Positions 55,727-64,000 of a stretch of DNA of 64,000 bases are shown here, piece by piece. The notes under the pieces were generated by a model, which was not told where the DNA came from, did no database searches, and was given only the letters and a program-made list of their open reading frames with translations. Numbering within the stretch: the stretch's first letter is position 1; every line of letters starts with the position of its first letter. Source of the DNA: an uncultured Syntrophobacteraceae bacterium (GTDB lineage Bacteria; Desulfobacterota; Syntrophobacteria; Syntrophobacterales; Syntrophobacteraceae). The stretch is taken from contig CAZOEL010000018.1 in assembly GCA_964578835.1 (NCBI GenBank), positions 5,088 to 69,087 on the forward strand. The letters are read 5' to 3'. The translations under genes were made by a program, and so were the position numbers.

Positions 55727-56683
55727 CTATTCCGGCGGCAAGAGCTCGATCCGAAGGCGGATAATGCCGTCATCGGCCGGCGGCTCGCTTTGGGTCGTCT
55801 CTATCTTTCCAAAGCGGCCAAGCTCTTTGAGGAGCGCTCCATACGCAGAAGCCGGCGCCTCAGCATCAAGCGCCAGAGCCGTTCCTGCGCCGCTCCCGGG
55901 TTGTGGCTGCAAGACTTTGCCATCTATGAGCAGAATGATCTGCCTTATCTCATCTAAGATTCGATCCCTCGCCGGCGTGTAGGCATCAAGAGAAAATTTT
56001 TCTATTTTCCCCTCCCCGCGCCGAGCAGAGCCTTTTGCCCGTTCCTTGCCTTCCTCAACAAGAGCGGCGCGCTCCCTCAATTGCATATCCGATTCGCTTT
56101 CGACCGGCTTCGATGGCGCGGATGCTTTCCCGCCAAGCGAGGCTCTCGGCAGCGCAAGAGTGATGAGGACCCTTTCCTGCCGACTCTCCGGGCTTGGAGC
56201 CGCTGACCTTGGAACAGCCGAGAGGACCGGTTCTTCCTGGCCCGCGTCTTGCGGGCTCATTCGCTCAGGGGCGGCAGGTTGCAGTCTGTCCATTCCGATG
56301 ATTGGCGCGGGAGAAACATGCTCTCTTTCCTCGAGAGCTCCTTTCTGAACCGTCTGATAAGTCACAATTACAAGGAGCAAGGCGGCGGCGACTCCCGCCC
56401 AGTGAAAAAATCTCCATCCTTCCCAAAAGGCTGCAACCTTCCCTTCATTCTTCTTTGAAATGGAAGGCTCTTCCATGCGTCGACGAAGTCGGTCGAGAAA
56501 GTCGTCCGGAGGCTTCACCTCGGGTAAAGTCCTCAACGCTTCGAGTTGCTCTCTCAGAATCGCCAGGCGCATCGCGCAAGGCTGACAAGCGTCCACATGC
56601 GCCTCGACGCTCTGGCGAATTTCTTCCGGCATGTCGATGTCCGGATCTTCCAGAATGATCTGTCTTATCCTAGAGCAGTCCAA
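55727..56683 (-). CDS. Anti-sigma factor (zf-HC2 type), single-pass membrane protein
   Basis: The N-terminal H-x3-C-x2-C motif is present (AHVDACQPC). There is one TM segment (FFHWAGVAAALLLVIVTY). It starts 11 nt downstream of the ECF sigma gene. Confidence 0.78.
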   Translation of the reverse strand: MDCSRIRQIILEDPDIDMPEEIRQSVEAHVDACQPCAMRLAILREQLEALRTLPEVKPPDDFLDRLRRRMEEPSISKKNEGKVAAFWEGWRFFHWAGVAAALLLVIVTYQTVQKGALEEREHVSPAPIIGMDRLQPAAPERMSPQDAGQEEPVLSAVPRSAAPSPESRQERVLITLALPRASLGGKASAPSKPVESESDMQLRERAALVEEGKERAKGSARRGEGKIEKFSLDAYTPARDRILDEIRQIILLIDGKVLQPQPGSGAGTALALDAEAPASAYGALLKELGRFGKIETTQSEPPADDGIIRLRIELLPPE

Positions 56684-56694
56684 TCAGTTCCCCG

Positions 56695-57306
56695 TCACGC
56701 TCCTTGGAGCTTGTTTTGAAGCTGCAGCCTTGCCCGCGCGAGCTTCGATCTTAACGTTCCAGGATTATAATTGGTTATGCGGCATATTTCCTCATACGAA
56801 AGTCCTTCGATGTGCCGCAGCACTATGACGGTCCTGTGATCGAGAGAAAGCGAGTTGATAGCCGATTGCAGGATAGCTTCCCGCTCTTTTTCCGTCATAA
56901 TGGCCAAGGGAGATGGAGCAGGGTCCTCGAAGTCACAATCCAGACTTCCCTCCTCCTCTTTGGAATCCGTCCCGAACCGCAGTATTTTACGCCAAAAACG
57001 ACGCTCGGCGGAACAGCGCTTGTTCCTGCAGGTATTCACCGCAATGGCGTAAAGCCAAGTAGAAAAGCTCGATTGGAGCTTGAAGTTTTTAAGCGATCTG
57101 AAAACCTTGATGAAAATTTCCTGAGCGCAGTCGTCAGCATCCTCATGATCTCCAAGCAGTCTGTAACACAGGTTGAAGGTGCGGTCTTTATGCCGCAGCA
57201 CAAGCCTTTCGAACGCCTCCCGATCTCCTGACAAGAAGGCCCCGATATCTTTGATGTCGTCATCTGGCAAACAGTCCGGCATGCGCCTCACATCCACACA
57301 AATCAT
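56695..57306 (-). CDS. ECF-subfamily RNA polymerase sigma-70 factor
   Basis: Region 2 (FERLVLRHKDRTFNLCYRLLGDHEDADDCAQEIFIKVF...STWLYAIAVN) and region 4 (VIVLRHIEGLSYEEICRITNYNPGTLRSKLARAR). The start is ATG 57306 or GTG 57309. Confidence 0.9.
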   Translation of the reverse strand: MICVDVRRMPDCLPDDDIKDIGAFLSGDREAFERLVLRHKDRTFNLCYRLLGDHEDADDCAQEIFIKVFRSLKNFKLQSSFSTWLYAIAVNTCRNKRCSAERRFWRKILRFGTDSKEEEGSLDCDFEDPAPSPLAIMTEKEREAILQSAINSLSLDHRTVIVLRHIEGLSYEEICRITNYNPGTLRSKLARARLQLQNKLQGA

Positions 57307-57525
57307 CACGACCCTGCAGATCGCGCCAAAGCCTAAAAGCGCCTCCCCGTTTCATAGTCTCATAATGCAAGGAGTTGATTTTCCGCAGATAAAGCCAACA
57401 GCATCGCGCATAACGCCTCGAAGCCTTGCTTCACAAGCTCGGTCTTGAGCCTGATTCCATTACATTTAGCATGAAAAAGCATTGAAGGGCAGAGAGATGA
57501 AGATGCGCACAAGGAAGAAATTTTG

Positions 57526-57551
57526 CGTCGGCGGCAAACGCGCCGCCGACG
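57526..57551. terminator. GC-rich perfect 10-bp hairpin between the secreted-protein gene and the ECF sigma gene
   Basis: CGTCGGCGGC-AAACGC-GCCGCCGACG, 39 nt downstream of stop 57590. The flanking T/A runs are short, so intrinsic terminator function is uncertain. Confidence 0.4.
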
Positions 57552-57589
57552 TTTGAGGAATTGCCCTTGTCTATATTCGACGAAAGCAA

Positions 57590-59131
57590 TCAACGGAAGG
57601 TCGGCTCAACTGAAGGAAGCGTAGCGCCACCAACAGAGCGCACACTGACCGTATCACCCGGAGCAAAATCTACTTTGCCGTTGAATTTCCAGGCCCCGCG
57701 CCTATTGACTCGCGCAACTCCAATCAGATTGTCAAGGCTCGGAGATCCCTTGAATACAGCGATCACCTCCCCGGCCCCCTGAACTGTAGCAGTTCCGGAG
57801 AGCACAAGCCTTCCACGACGCTGTTGAAATACTGATCTATCCACCGTAATGGCGCCATCCGTCGGAGGAGCCGAGGCTGAAGCAACAACAACCGTGGCGC
57901 TGTTTTCGCCTCCAGCCGATGATGTCACTTTCACGACAGCGGGCGGAACAACAAGATTGGGAACGCTCAAGCTTCCGCTAACCAGCGGGCCGAACCCTTC
58001 AGCGGTGAGCGTAGGCGGGGTGAGTCCCTGATCGCTGGAAGAGGCCGAAATATCCAGGGTCTGGGATGCCGGATTGTATACCGCCGAAGAGATGCTCACT
58101 ACATCTTTGAGCTGTGCATTGACAGAGTTGGGCGTTCCAAGCGGGTCAACCGTCACGGTAAGGGTCAAGGGCAAAACGGAAGCGTCTGTTAAGGGAATCG
58201 TGGCGAAGAACTCGCCTGCGGCATTCCCGACCATGGGAACAGGAGCGCTCGGCAAGTTCGGAGCCCCGGACACTTCAACTACCGAGCCCACGGGGGCGGT
58301 GGCGAAAACGTCGACCTGTCCGTCGGTCGTCGTTCTGGCGAAGGTCGCTCGAGCCACGCTGGCCGGGGCCTGCGGCGTTGCGCCGGTAAATATCTTACCC
58401 TGCACCACGAATAGATTCTGCGTCAAATCGATCCCTCCGGGCCCCCTGATCCGGAACGCAGCGCCATTTGGCCCTGGCTGAATTGTGGCTTCGGTGAGGC
58501 CGTTTCCGATGAAGCCTTCAGGCGGAGGAGGGTCGACAGCCGCCAGGAATGGTCCGACGCCGCTAGTCAAAGCGAGCGAGAAGTCACATGGCGCAGCAAA
58601 GCAGCCGATATCCGAGGTGTCGTTGATCTCGTTTCCCGCTCCCACAGCCGCCACATCAAACACCTCCTGTCCATAGGGATGATCCACCGTCCATACGCCG
58701 GCTACAGGAACGTCTATGCGAATGCGGATTCTCCCGAATACAATTTGCTCCCCTATAGCCGGCTCTTCGTTCAAGAACGCCCCTTCCAGCGCCATCACCA
58801 GTAACCCGTCCACTCCGGAGGCAGGGTCCGTAATAGCTGAATCGGCTGACCAATAGAAGGACTCGCCGCCGACCCCGAGCACTACGGAATCCGGGTTAGC
58901 AGGGTCAACCGGATCAGCAATGCAGTTTGCGGGGTCAAGACACAACTCCAGCGCCAGACCATTGTTGTCCTGGTACCATAATGGATAGCCCGCCGCGTTC
59001 AAATCCGGCGAAACGGCGGCCAGCTCAGCATTTGCGCTTCCCACAAACACAAAGCCCGACAAGAGGACGAAAGCGCCAACCGCAATCAGACCTGCTCTTA
59101 TCATTCTTGTATAAATGTTGTATTTAGCCAT
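57590..59131 (-). CDS. Secreted protein of unknown function
   Basis: ATG 59131 is preceded by AGGAGG with 7-nt spacing. The signal peptide is …FVLLSGFVFVGSANA/EL. The mature protein is about 470 aa, rich in Gly/Ala/Val/Pro and beta-rich in character. No motif was recognised. Confidence 0.7.
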   Translation of the reverse strand: MAKYNIYTRMIRAGLIAVGAFVLLSGFVFVGSANAELAAVSPDLNAAGYPLWYQDNNGLALELCLDPANCIADPVDPANPDSVVLGVGGESFYWSADSAITDPASGVDGLLVMALEGAFLNEEPAIGEQIVFGRIRIRIDVPVAGVWTVDHPYGQEVFDVAAVGAGNEINDTSDIGCFAAPCDFSLALTSGVGPFLAAVDPPPPEGFIGNGLTEATIQPGPNGAAFRIRGPGGIDLTQNLFVVQGKIFTGATPQAPASVARATFARTTTDGQVDVFATAPVGSVVEVSGAPNLPSAPVPMVGNAAGEFFATIPLTDASVLPLTLTVTVDPLGTPNSVNAQLKDVVSISSAVYNPASQTLDISASSSDQGLTPPTLTAEGFGPLVSGSLSVPNLVVPPAVVKVTSSAGGENSATVVVASASAPPTDGAITVDRSVFQQRRGRLVLSGTATVQGAGEVIAVFKGSPSLDNLIGVARVNRRGAWKFNGKVDFAPGDTVSVRSVGGATLPSVEPTFR

Positions 59132-59426
59132 CTTAATGCCTCCTAAAGTCTTCATCGGATTACCGGGAAGAGATCCCGACAGCCCTCTTGGCTTGCATCG
59201 ATTTGTTATTCGATGCCGACGACAGCGCCGGCCTTCAGTTATTCATGTATGACGTCTTAACAAGCAGGTCCTAAAGGTCAACTCCTGCTTGCGGGGTATA
59301 ACGACTCCGAAGATATGCCAGTCCTTATCTTGGCTATTAATACTCTAAAAATATCAAGGAAGTACTCATACAATCACATCAGAGAGTTAATAACATAAAT
59401 ACATAAAGTCAATTATTACCAATTAT

Positions 59427-59453
59427 TTTATACTTGCTGCAAATAAGTATAAA
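59427..59453. promoter_or_regulatory. AT-rich palindrome TTTATACTT-N9-AAGTATAAA in the divergent intergenic region
   Basis: Read directly. A third TACTTAT half-site follows at 59454..59460. The site lies between the divergently transcribed secreted-protein gene and the alkaline phosphatase gene. Confidence 0.3.
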
Positions 59454-59591
59454 TACTTATATTATCAGCGATAGGCTCAGCAAAAAAAGCTCTCCGCACA
59501 AGCGGCGGCTTTTTCATAGAGCTTGTCTCAGAGTGATTGTTTCTGCTAAACACAAAATCGATAGAAGCTGCAGACAACCGAGGAGGCGGAA

Positions 59592-61154
59592 ATGTTCGAC
59601 AGGCACAGGATCTACATTTTTTTGGCGGCTTTATTGTTGCTCATGGGGCATGGCCCTGCTTCTGCACAACAAACGGCCAAGTATATTTTTATTTTCATCG
59701 GCGATGGAATGGGCGTCGCTCAGCGAAGGGCAGCCGAGCTTTTTCTGGCAAGCGCGCAGAAAGGTTCCGGAGAGGCAAAGCTTCTGATGAACAGCTTCCC
59801 GGCGCAGGGGATAAACACGACCCACGATTTGAGCAGCTTCATACCGGATTCGGCAGCCGCCGGCACTGCGATAGCAACAGGCTTCAAGACAGCATCCGGC
59901 GTGATCGGCATGGATGCTCATAAAAAGCTCAATTATGAAAGCATTGCGGAAACCGCGAAAAAAAGAGGCTGGAAGGTTGGCATCCTGACGACGGTTTCTC
60001 TCAATAACGCTACGCCCGCCGCATTCTACGCCCATGTTCCGAGCCGGAAGCAACTAAACGAAATCAGCCAGCAGCTTGCAGACTCGGGGTTCGATTACTT
60101 CGCGGGCGGACAACTGGAAGGGACCGCGGACAATAAAGAGCAACACAAGCCGAATGCTCTGCATAGAGCAAAAGCAAACGGGTACATCATCGCCATGGGA
60201 CGAGCGCAGCTTGAAGCCCTGAAGCCCGGCTCGGGAAAGGCGATAGCAATGAATGATCTGGTGGATGATAAGGCCGCCATGTACTACACGCTGGATCAAG
60301 ACAAGGGAAGAGACCACATCGCCCTTGCCGAATATCTCGCCAAAGGGATCGAAATGCTCGAGAATCCAGACGGTTTCCTCATCATGGCGGAGGGGGGCAA
60401 GATCGACTGGGCATGCCATGCAAATGACGCAGCCTCGGCAATCCATGACACCTTGGCTCTTGATGCCGCAATTGCTGAAGCCGTGAAATTCTACGAACGC
60501 CACCCCCGGGAGACGCTCCTCGTGGTGACGGGCGATCATGAAACCGGCGGGATGGCGCTGGGGTTCGCCGAGACGAAATATTCCACTTATATGCACAAGC
60601 TCCAGCATCAGAAGATGAGCCACATCGAATTCAAAAAGAAGCTCGATGAGTTCAAAAATTCGCGCAGCGCTTCTAAGGCGTCTTTAAAAGAACTGCTGCC
60701 CGTCATCAAAGAAGGCTTCGGTCTGTACGCATTGTCCGGAGCAGAAAGAGACGCGCTCAACAAGACTGTTGAAAAGGGGAAGTCAAATAAAGCCACAGAG
60801 GAGGCGAAGGGAAAAGCCAAGGAAGCTGAGGATCTTCTGAAGAACGGTATGGCCCTGACAGACCTCGAAATGAAGATCCTCGAAGACGCTTTCAAGCAAA
60901 GTATGACGGGCGAGAATCAACGAAAGCGCGACGATCTTTCATACAGGCATTATGGAGGCTATGAACCGCTGGTGGTTAAGCTCACAACAATTCTGGACAA
61001 CAAGGCGGGCATCGGCTGGACGAGCTTTTCGCATACGGCCGCGCCTGTGCAGACTTCCGCATTGGGCGTCGGAGCGGAATTGTTCAACGGCTATTACGAC
61101 CAAACGGACATTCACGCAAAAATAATGAAGATCGCCGGTTTTGAGGGGCAATGA
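59592..61154 (+). CDS. Alkaline phosphatase (PhoA family)
   Basis: 520 aa with a signal peptide, the GDGMG metal/phosphoserine region, DSAAAGTAIATG (nucleophile Ser), DWACHAND and GDHETGG. Confidence 0.9.
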   Translation: MFDRHRIYIFLAALLLLMGHGPASAQQTAKYIFIFIGDGMGVAQRRAAELFLASAQKGSGEAKLLMNSFPAQGINTTHDLSSFIPDSAAAGTAIATGFKTASGVIGMDAHKKLNYESIAETAKKRGWKVGILTTVSLNNATPAAFYAHVPSRKQLNEISQQLADSGFDYFAGGQLEGTADNKEQHKPNALHRAKANGYIIAMGRAQLEALKPGSGKAIAMNDLVDDKAAMYYTLDQDKGRDHIALAEYLAKGIEMLENPDGFLIMAEGGKIDWACHANDAASAIHDTLALDAAIAEAVKFYERHPRETLLVVTGDHETGGMALGFAETKYSTYMHKLQHQKMSHIEFKKKLDEFKNSRSASKASLKELLPVIKEGFGLYALSGAERDALNKTVEKGKSNKATEEAKGKAKEAEDLLKNGMALTDLEMKILEDAFKQSMTGENQRKRDDLSYRHYGGYEPLVVKLTTILDNKAGIGWTSFSHTAAPVQTSALGVGAELFNGYYDQTDIHAKIMKIAGFEGQ

Positions 61155-61555
61155 GGCTTCGACCCGCTCGCTCGACCGCATGGCGTGTCATGAGAATTCT
61201 CGATCGATAATCCAGCATGTCGATTCATAAGGTTAGCCTCTGGAGTAAAGCTTATTCCGATGGGTGGGGCTCTTTTCAGCCTCACTACTTCCTATTTTAT
61301 CGCATGGCGCTTTTCGTTTTTGCCGATTCAGCAAGGGACAACGGAGAAGTTGGCGAGCGTGTCGCCATCATCTTTGGGCTCCGCATAGCCTGTGTTTCTT
61401 CCTGAACCTTCCGATCACTGTCTCCTTTATGTCTTAATCCTCAAAATTGCGATTCCCCACCCAAAGGCAGTCTGATATAGAGGATTCACATTTCACAAAG
61501 CCAACAAATTCTGACGGTAGCTAGAACGGGAACCCCTTAGACGAAAGGACGAGTA

Positions 61556-63271
61556 ATGCCGAAAATCTTTAGAATCGACCTTGAAACGGAAAGCTGGAAG
61601 CTTGAAGAGACGCTTGCCGGTCCATACGCCCATCTCGGAGGTAGGGGACTGACCTCCAAGATCATTCGCACGGAAGTCCCTCCCCGCTGCGACCCTTTGG
61701 GAAAAGAAAACAAGCTCATCTTTGCCGCCGGTTTGCTGGCGGGGACTTCGGTTCCGAACAGCGGCAGACTGTCGGTTGGCGCTAAGAGTCCCCTGACGGG
61801 CACGATAAAGGAGGCAAATTCGGGAGGCACTGCAGCTCACAAGCTCGCGCGCCTTGGCATTCAGGCAATAGTGGTGGAAGGAATTGCGAACAAGCCCGTG
61901 ACGCTCAAGATAGACGAGAGCGGCGTAAGCTTCTCCGACGCCACAAACATGGAGATGCTCGGCAACTACGAGCTGATAAAACGATTTAGGGAGGAAGCCG
62001 GAGACAATATCAGCGTGATCTCAATAGGGCCCGCCGGCGCCATGAGGCTTCTGGCTTCCACGGTCTCCGTAACGACGATGGACTTCCACGTCAGGAGCGC
62101 GGCAAGGGGAGGGTTGGGAGCCGTAATGGGATCTAAGAACCTCAAGGCCATCGTCATAGACGATGCTGGAAGCCAGGCCGTCAAGCCAAAAGACAAGGAG
62201 CTTTTCTCCGCCTCCGTCAAAGCCTTATCAAAGGGCATCACATCCCACCCCTTGATCGGAGGGCTCCGCTTGTTCGGAACTCCCCTGCTGGTAAATCTCA
62301 TCAACGAGGCCGGCGCGCTGGCCACAAAGAATTATTCGCTGGGCAGATTCGATGGCGCCGAGAAGATCTCGGGCGAGCGCATAGCCGAGCTACTCAAGGA
62401 GCGTCCTGAAGCTCAAACGGAACATCGATGCATGCCGGGGTGTGTAGTGGGCTGCTCCAATATATTCACGGACGCAACCGGAAAGATTGTAGCGTCGGGA
62501 CTCGAGTACGAGACCATAGCAATGATGGGCTCCAACTGCATGATCGATGACATCGATGCAGTGGCCGCTATGAACGGCGTCTGCAACGACGTCGGAGTGG
62601 ACACGATGGATGTCGGCGCAGCCATAGCCGTATGCATGGAAGCCGGGGTGATCCCATGGGGCGATGGAGCCGCAGCGCTCAAACTCGTGGAGGAAATCGC
62701 ATCGGGGAGCGATAACGGGAGGATGATCGGAAATGGCTGCAAGTTCGCCGGCGAGAAGCTTAAAGTTAAGCGCATCCCCCACGTCAAAGGCCAATCGCTG
62801 GCCGGCTACGATCCTCGGATTCTCAAAGGAACGGGAGTCACCTACGCCACTTCGCCTATGGGAGCCGACCACACCTGCGGCAACGCCCTCCCCAGTCCCG
62901 CCATGCCTGAATACAATCCTTCGTCTCCCAAAGGGCAGGGAGACATATCGAAGTTCCTCCAAACCTATATTGCGGCTGTCGACTCGTTAGGCCTCTGCCT
63001 TTTTGCTTCGCTTCCAACGCTGGAGATCCCCGAGCTTCAGAAGGAAATCGCAGGTTGCGTTTCCGGGCTGCTCGGCGTATCCATTGAGCCCGACTACCTG
63101 ATGCAGCTCGGCCAGTCCGTGCTTCAAACAGAAACCAGCTTCAATGCGGAAGCCGGCTTCACCAAACTGGACGACCGGCTGCCCGAGTTTTTTCTCGAAG
63201 AAAAGCTTACTCCTTCCGGAAACACCTTCGATGTCTCGGATGAGGATTTAGACGCCGTTCAAGCAAGTTGA
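61556..63271 (+). CDS. aor: Aldehyde:ferredoxin oxidoreductase (tungstopterin AOR family)
   Basis: 571 aa. The N-terminal domain has LGGRGLTSKI...NKLIFAAGLLAGT...GRLSVGAKSPLTG. A Cys-containing 4Fe-4S/pterin region (HRCMPGCVVGC) and DSLGLCLF are present. Confidence 0.9.
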   Translation: MPKIFRIDLETESWKLEETLAGPYAHLGGRGLTSKIIRTEVPPRCDPLGKENKLIFAAGLLAGTSVPNSGRLSVGAKSPLTGTIKEANSGGTAAHKLARLGIQAIVVEGIANKPVTLKIDESGVSFSDATNMEMLGNYELIKRFREEAGDNISVISIGPAGAMRLLASTVSVTTMDFHVRSAARGGLGAVMGSKNLKAIVIDDAGSQAVKPKDKELFSASVKALSKGITSHPLIGGLRLFGTPLLVNLINEAGALATKNYSLGRFDGAEKISGERIAELLKERPEAQTEHRCMPGCVVGCSNIFTDATGKIVASGLEYETIAMMGSNCMIDDIDAVAAMNGVCNDVGVDTMDVGAAIAVCMEAGVIPWGDGAAALKLVEEIASGSDNGRMIGNGCKFAGEKLKVKRIPHVKGQSLAGYDPRILKGTGVTYATSPMGADHTCGNALPSPAMPEYNPSSPKGQGDISKFLQTYIAAVDSLGLCLFASLPTLEIPELQKEIAGCVSGLLGVSIEPDYLMQLGQSVLQTETSFNAEAGFTKLDDRLPEFFLEEKLTPSGNTFDVSDEDLDAVQAS

Positions 63272-63427
63272 CAGCAGGAAGAAGTGGATGGGTGAGCGGG
63301 CGCCTGTTACAAGGCAAGAGCTGAGCTCATCCGCTTCAAAGACAGGGAGAAGGTGAGCGCGGTCCAATCCTATCCTCAATACGACTTCCGGAAAGTACCC
63401 GAAAGGTCTCTCGCCGCGCGTAAACGC

Positions 63428-63520
63428 TCACAGGGAGCCATAGAGGCTGGAATCATGGGCGATGTGCTCGAAGATACCGACCAATTGCTCTATGGCGTTT
63501 TGGGTCCAGAGAACTTTCAT
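63428..63520 (-). pseudogene. ParE/RelE-like toxin remnant, truncated at codon 31 by TGA
   Basis: MKVLWTQNAIEQLVGIFEHIAHDSSLYGSL-stop. Its ATG overlaps the antitoxin stop (ATGA). The N-terminus is ParE/RelE-like, but the expected ~60 further residues are not recoverable in any single frame. Confidence 0.4.
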
Positions 63521-63705
63521 GCAGGCAGCCCGAATCTTTTGCGAACCTCTCTCACATCCACCGTTCGCTCTTCGTCGCTGTCCCGCAAGCCAACCTCAAT
63601 GGCCTGCCTCACATAGATCCTGTACATCAGGTCTTCCCAGGTTGCCGTGTCGGGAAGGCTTTCAAGCAACCGGTAGGCCTGTTCTTTTACGCTTTCAGTT
63701 TGCAT
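63517..63705 (-). CDS. Putative type II antitoxin (partner of ParE/RelE-like toxin)
   Basis: 62 aa with a GAGGAG RBS. …LPDTATWEDLMYRIYVRQAIEVGLRDSDEERTV… resembles small antitoxins commonly found upstream of RelE/ParE genes. The family name is not asserted. Confidence 0.55.
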   Translation of the reverse strand: MQTESVKEQAYRLLESLPDTATWEDLMYRIYVRQAIEVGLRDSDEERTVDVREVRKRFGLPA

Positions 63706-64000
63706 CGTAATACTCCTCTCTCTCTTCCTGGGAAGGACGGCGGTGGGTCAAAGGTGGGACCTGGAGCTTTTCTCTTTGAGAAGCCTTCTCTCTTTTAAAG
63801 GCCTAACGACCGTAGGCTTCCCGCGCCCTGGCATCGCGAACAAGGCTGTCAACCACATAGAGGATGCGCTCTCTATCCTCTGCCGAGAGCTTCTCTATGG
63901 TCTGCCAAACCGGTAAACTTATGCCCAGCATTATCCATTCTCCATAGAAGGATAAGTTCCGTATTAGCATACAAGCGAGGAGGGCTCTTTATTGCTTTCT

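Noticed and set aside
57310-57589. An ECF-type autoregulatory promoter (GGAAC-N16-17-CGT-like) upstream of the sigma factor gene.
   Set aside because: Only a weak TGAAAC match was found, with no convincing -10 element at the right spacing. The evidence is not sufficient to call it.
61155-61555. Possible Moco/Tuco riboswitch or small selenoprotein ORF upstream of the tungsten-type aor gene. The 62-aa ORF at 61217..61405 also lies here.
   Set aside because: I could not recognise the conserved Moco-motif helices or loops. Translations of both strands give highly basic or low-complexity sequence. A covariance-model scan would be needed to exclude a riboswitch properly.
63803-63970. 55-codon minus-strand ORF (MLIRNLSFYGEWIMLGISLPVWQTIEKLSAEDRERILYVVDSLVRDARAREAYGR) at the window edge. 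It resembles the C-terminal part of an HTH/XRE-type or antitoxin-like protein.
   Set aside because: There is no RBS (the upstream sequence is CCTCC, not GGAGG). It looks truncated, and the window ends 30 nt further on. It may be a gene fragment, but it cannot be supported.
1-64000. CRISPR arrays, rRNA genes, complete tRNA genes, and transposase or integrase genes.
   Set aside because: Reading both strands showed no regularly spaced direct repeats, no rRNA-like conserved blocks, no complete cloverleaf, and no transposase or integrase-like translation in the ORF track.

Overview
This 64-kb window looks like chromosomal DNA from an anaerobic deltaproteobacterium-like organism (Syntrophobacterales-like). 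That assignment is an inference from gene content: selB, tungsten-type aldehyde:ferredoxin oxidoreductase, methylmalonyl-CoA carboxyltransferase, succinate CoA-transferase, ADP-forming acetyl-CoA synthetase and a PEP-CTERM protein. About 55 protein genes are supportable. No rRNA gene, complete tRNA gene or CRISPR array was seen. The first 23 kb is housekeeping: tatC, rdgB, ftsH-folP-glmM, coaX, a peptidoglycan-recycling set (ldcA, a serine hydrolase, mpl), queH, hisA, hom, an ApgM-like gene and selB. Accessory-looking stretches follow. (1) 24-34.7 kb: a DUF2145-like gene plus a small secreted protein, then a minus-strand unit of PEP-CTERM protein, a 1864-aa multi-repeat surface protein with a C-terminal GxSxG hydrolase, and a secreted Kelch propeller, followed by a 1.2-kb AT-rich gap. 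(2) 40-46 kb: an acyl-CoA cluster with a CoA-transferase::GNAT fusion. (3) 47.4-49.4 kb: two copies of a structured 73-nt repeat flanking a SEC-C/HEAT gene. (4) 51.0-51.6 kb: a promoter, a Tyr-rich 24-codon leader ORF and a terminator upstream of tyrA (candidate attenuator). Next to it, two short ORFs are joined by an in-frame TGA-TGC with a downstream hairpin (candidate selenoprotein). (5) 52.6-57.3 kb: an ECF sigma, anti-sigma, degenerate diadenylate-cyclase-like protein and PAS protein operon. (6) A toxin-antitoxin remnant at the 3' edge. All calls come from reading the translations and the sequence by eye; no database search was run.
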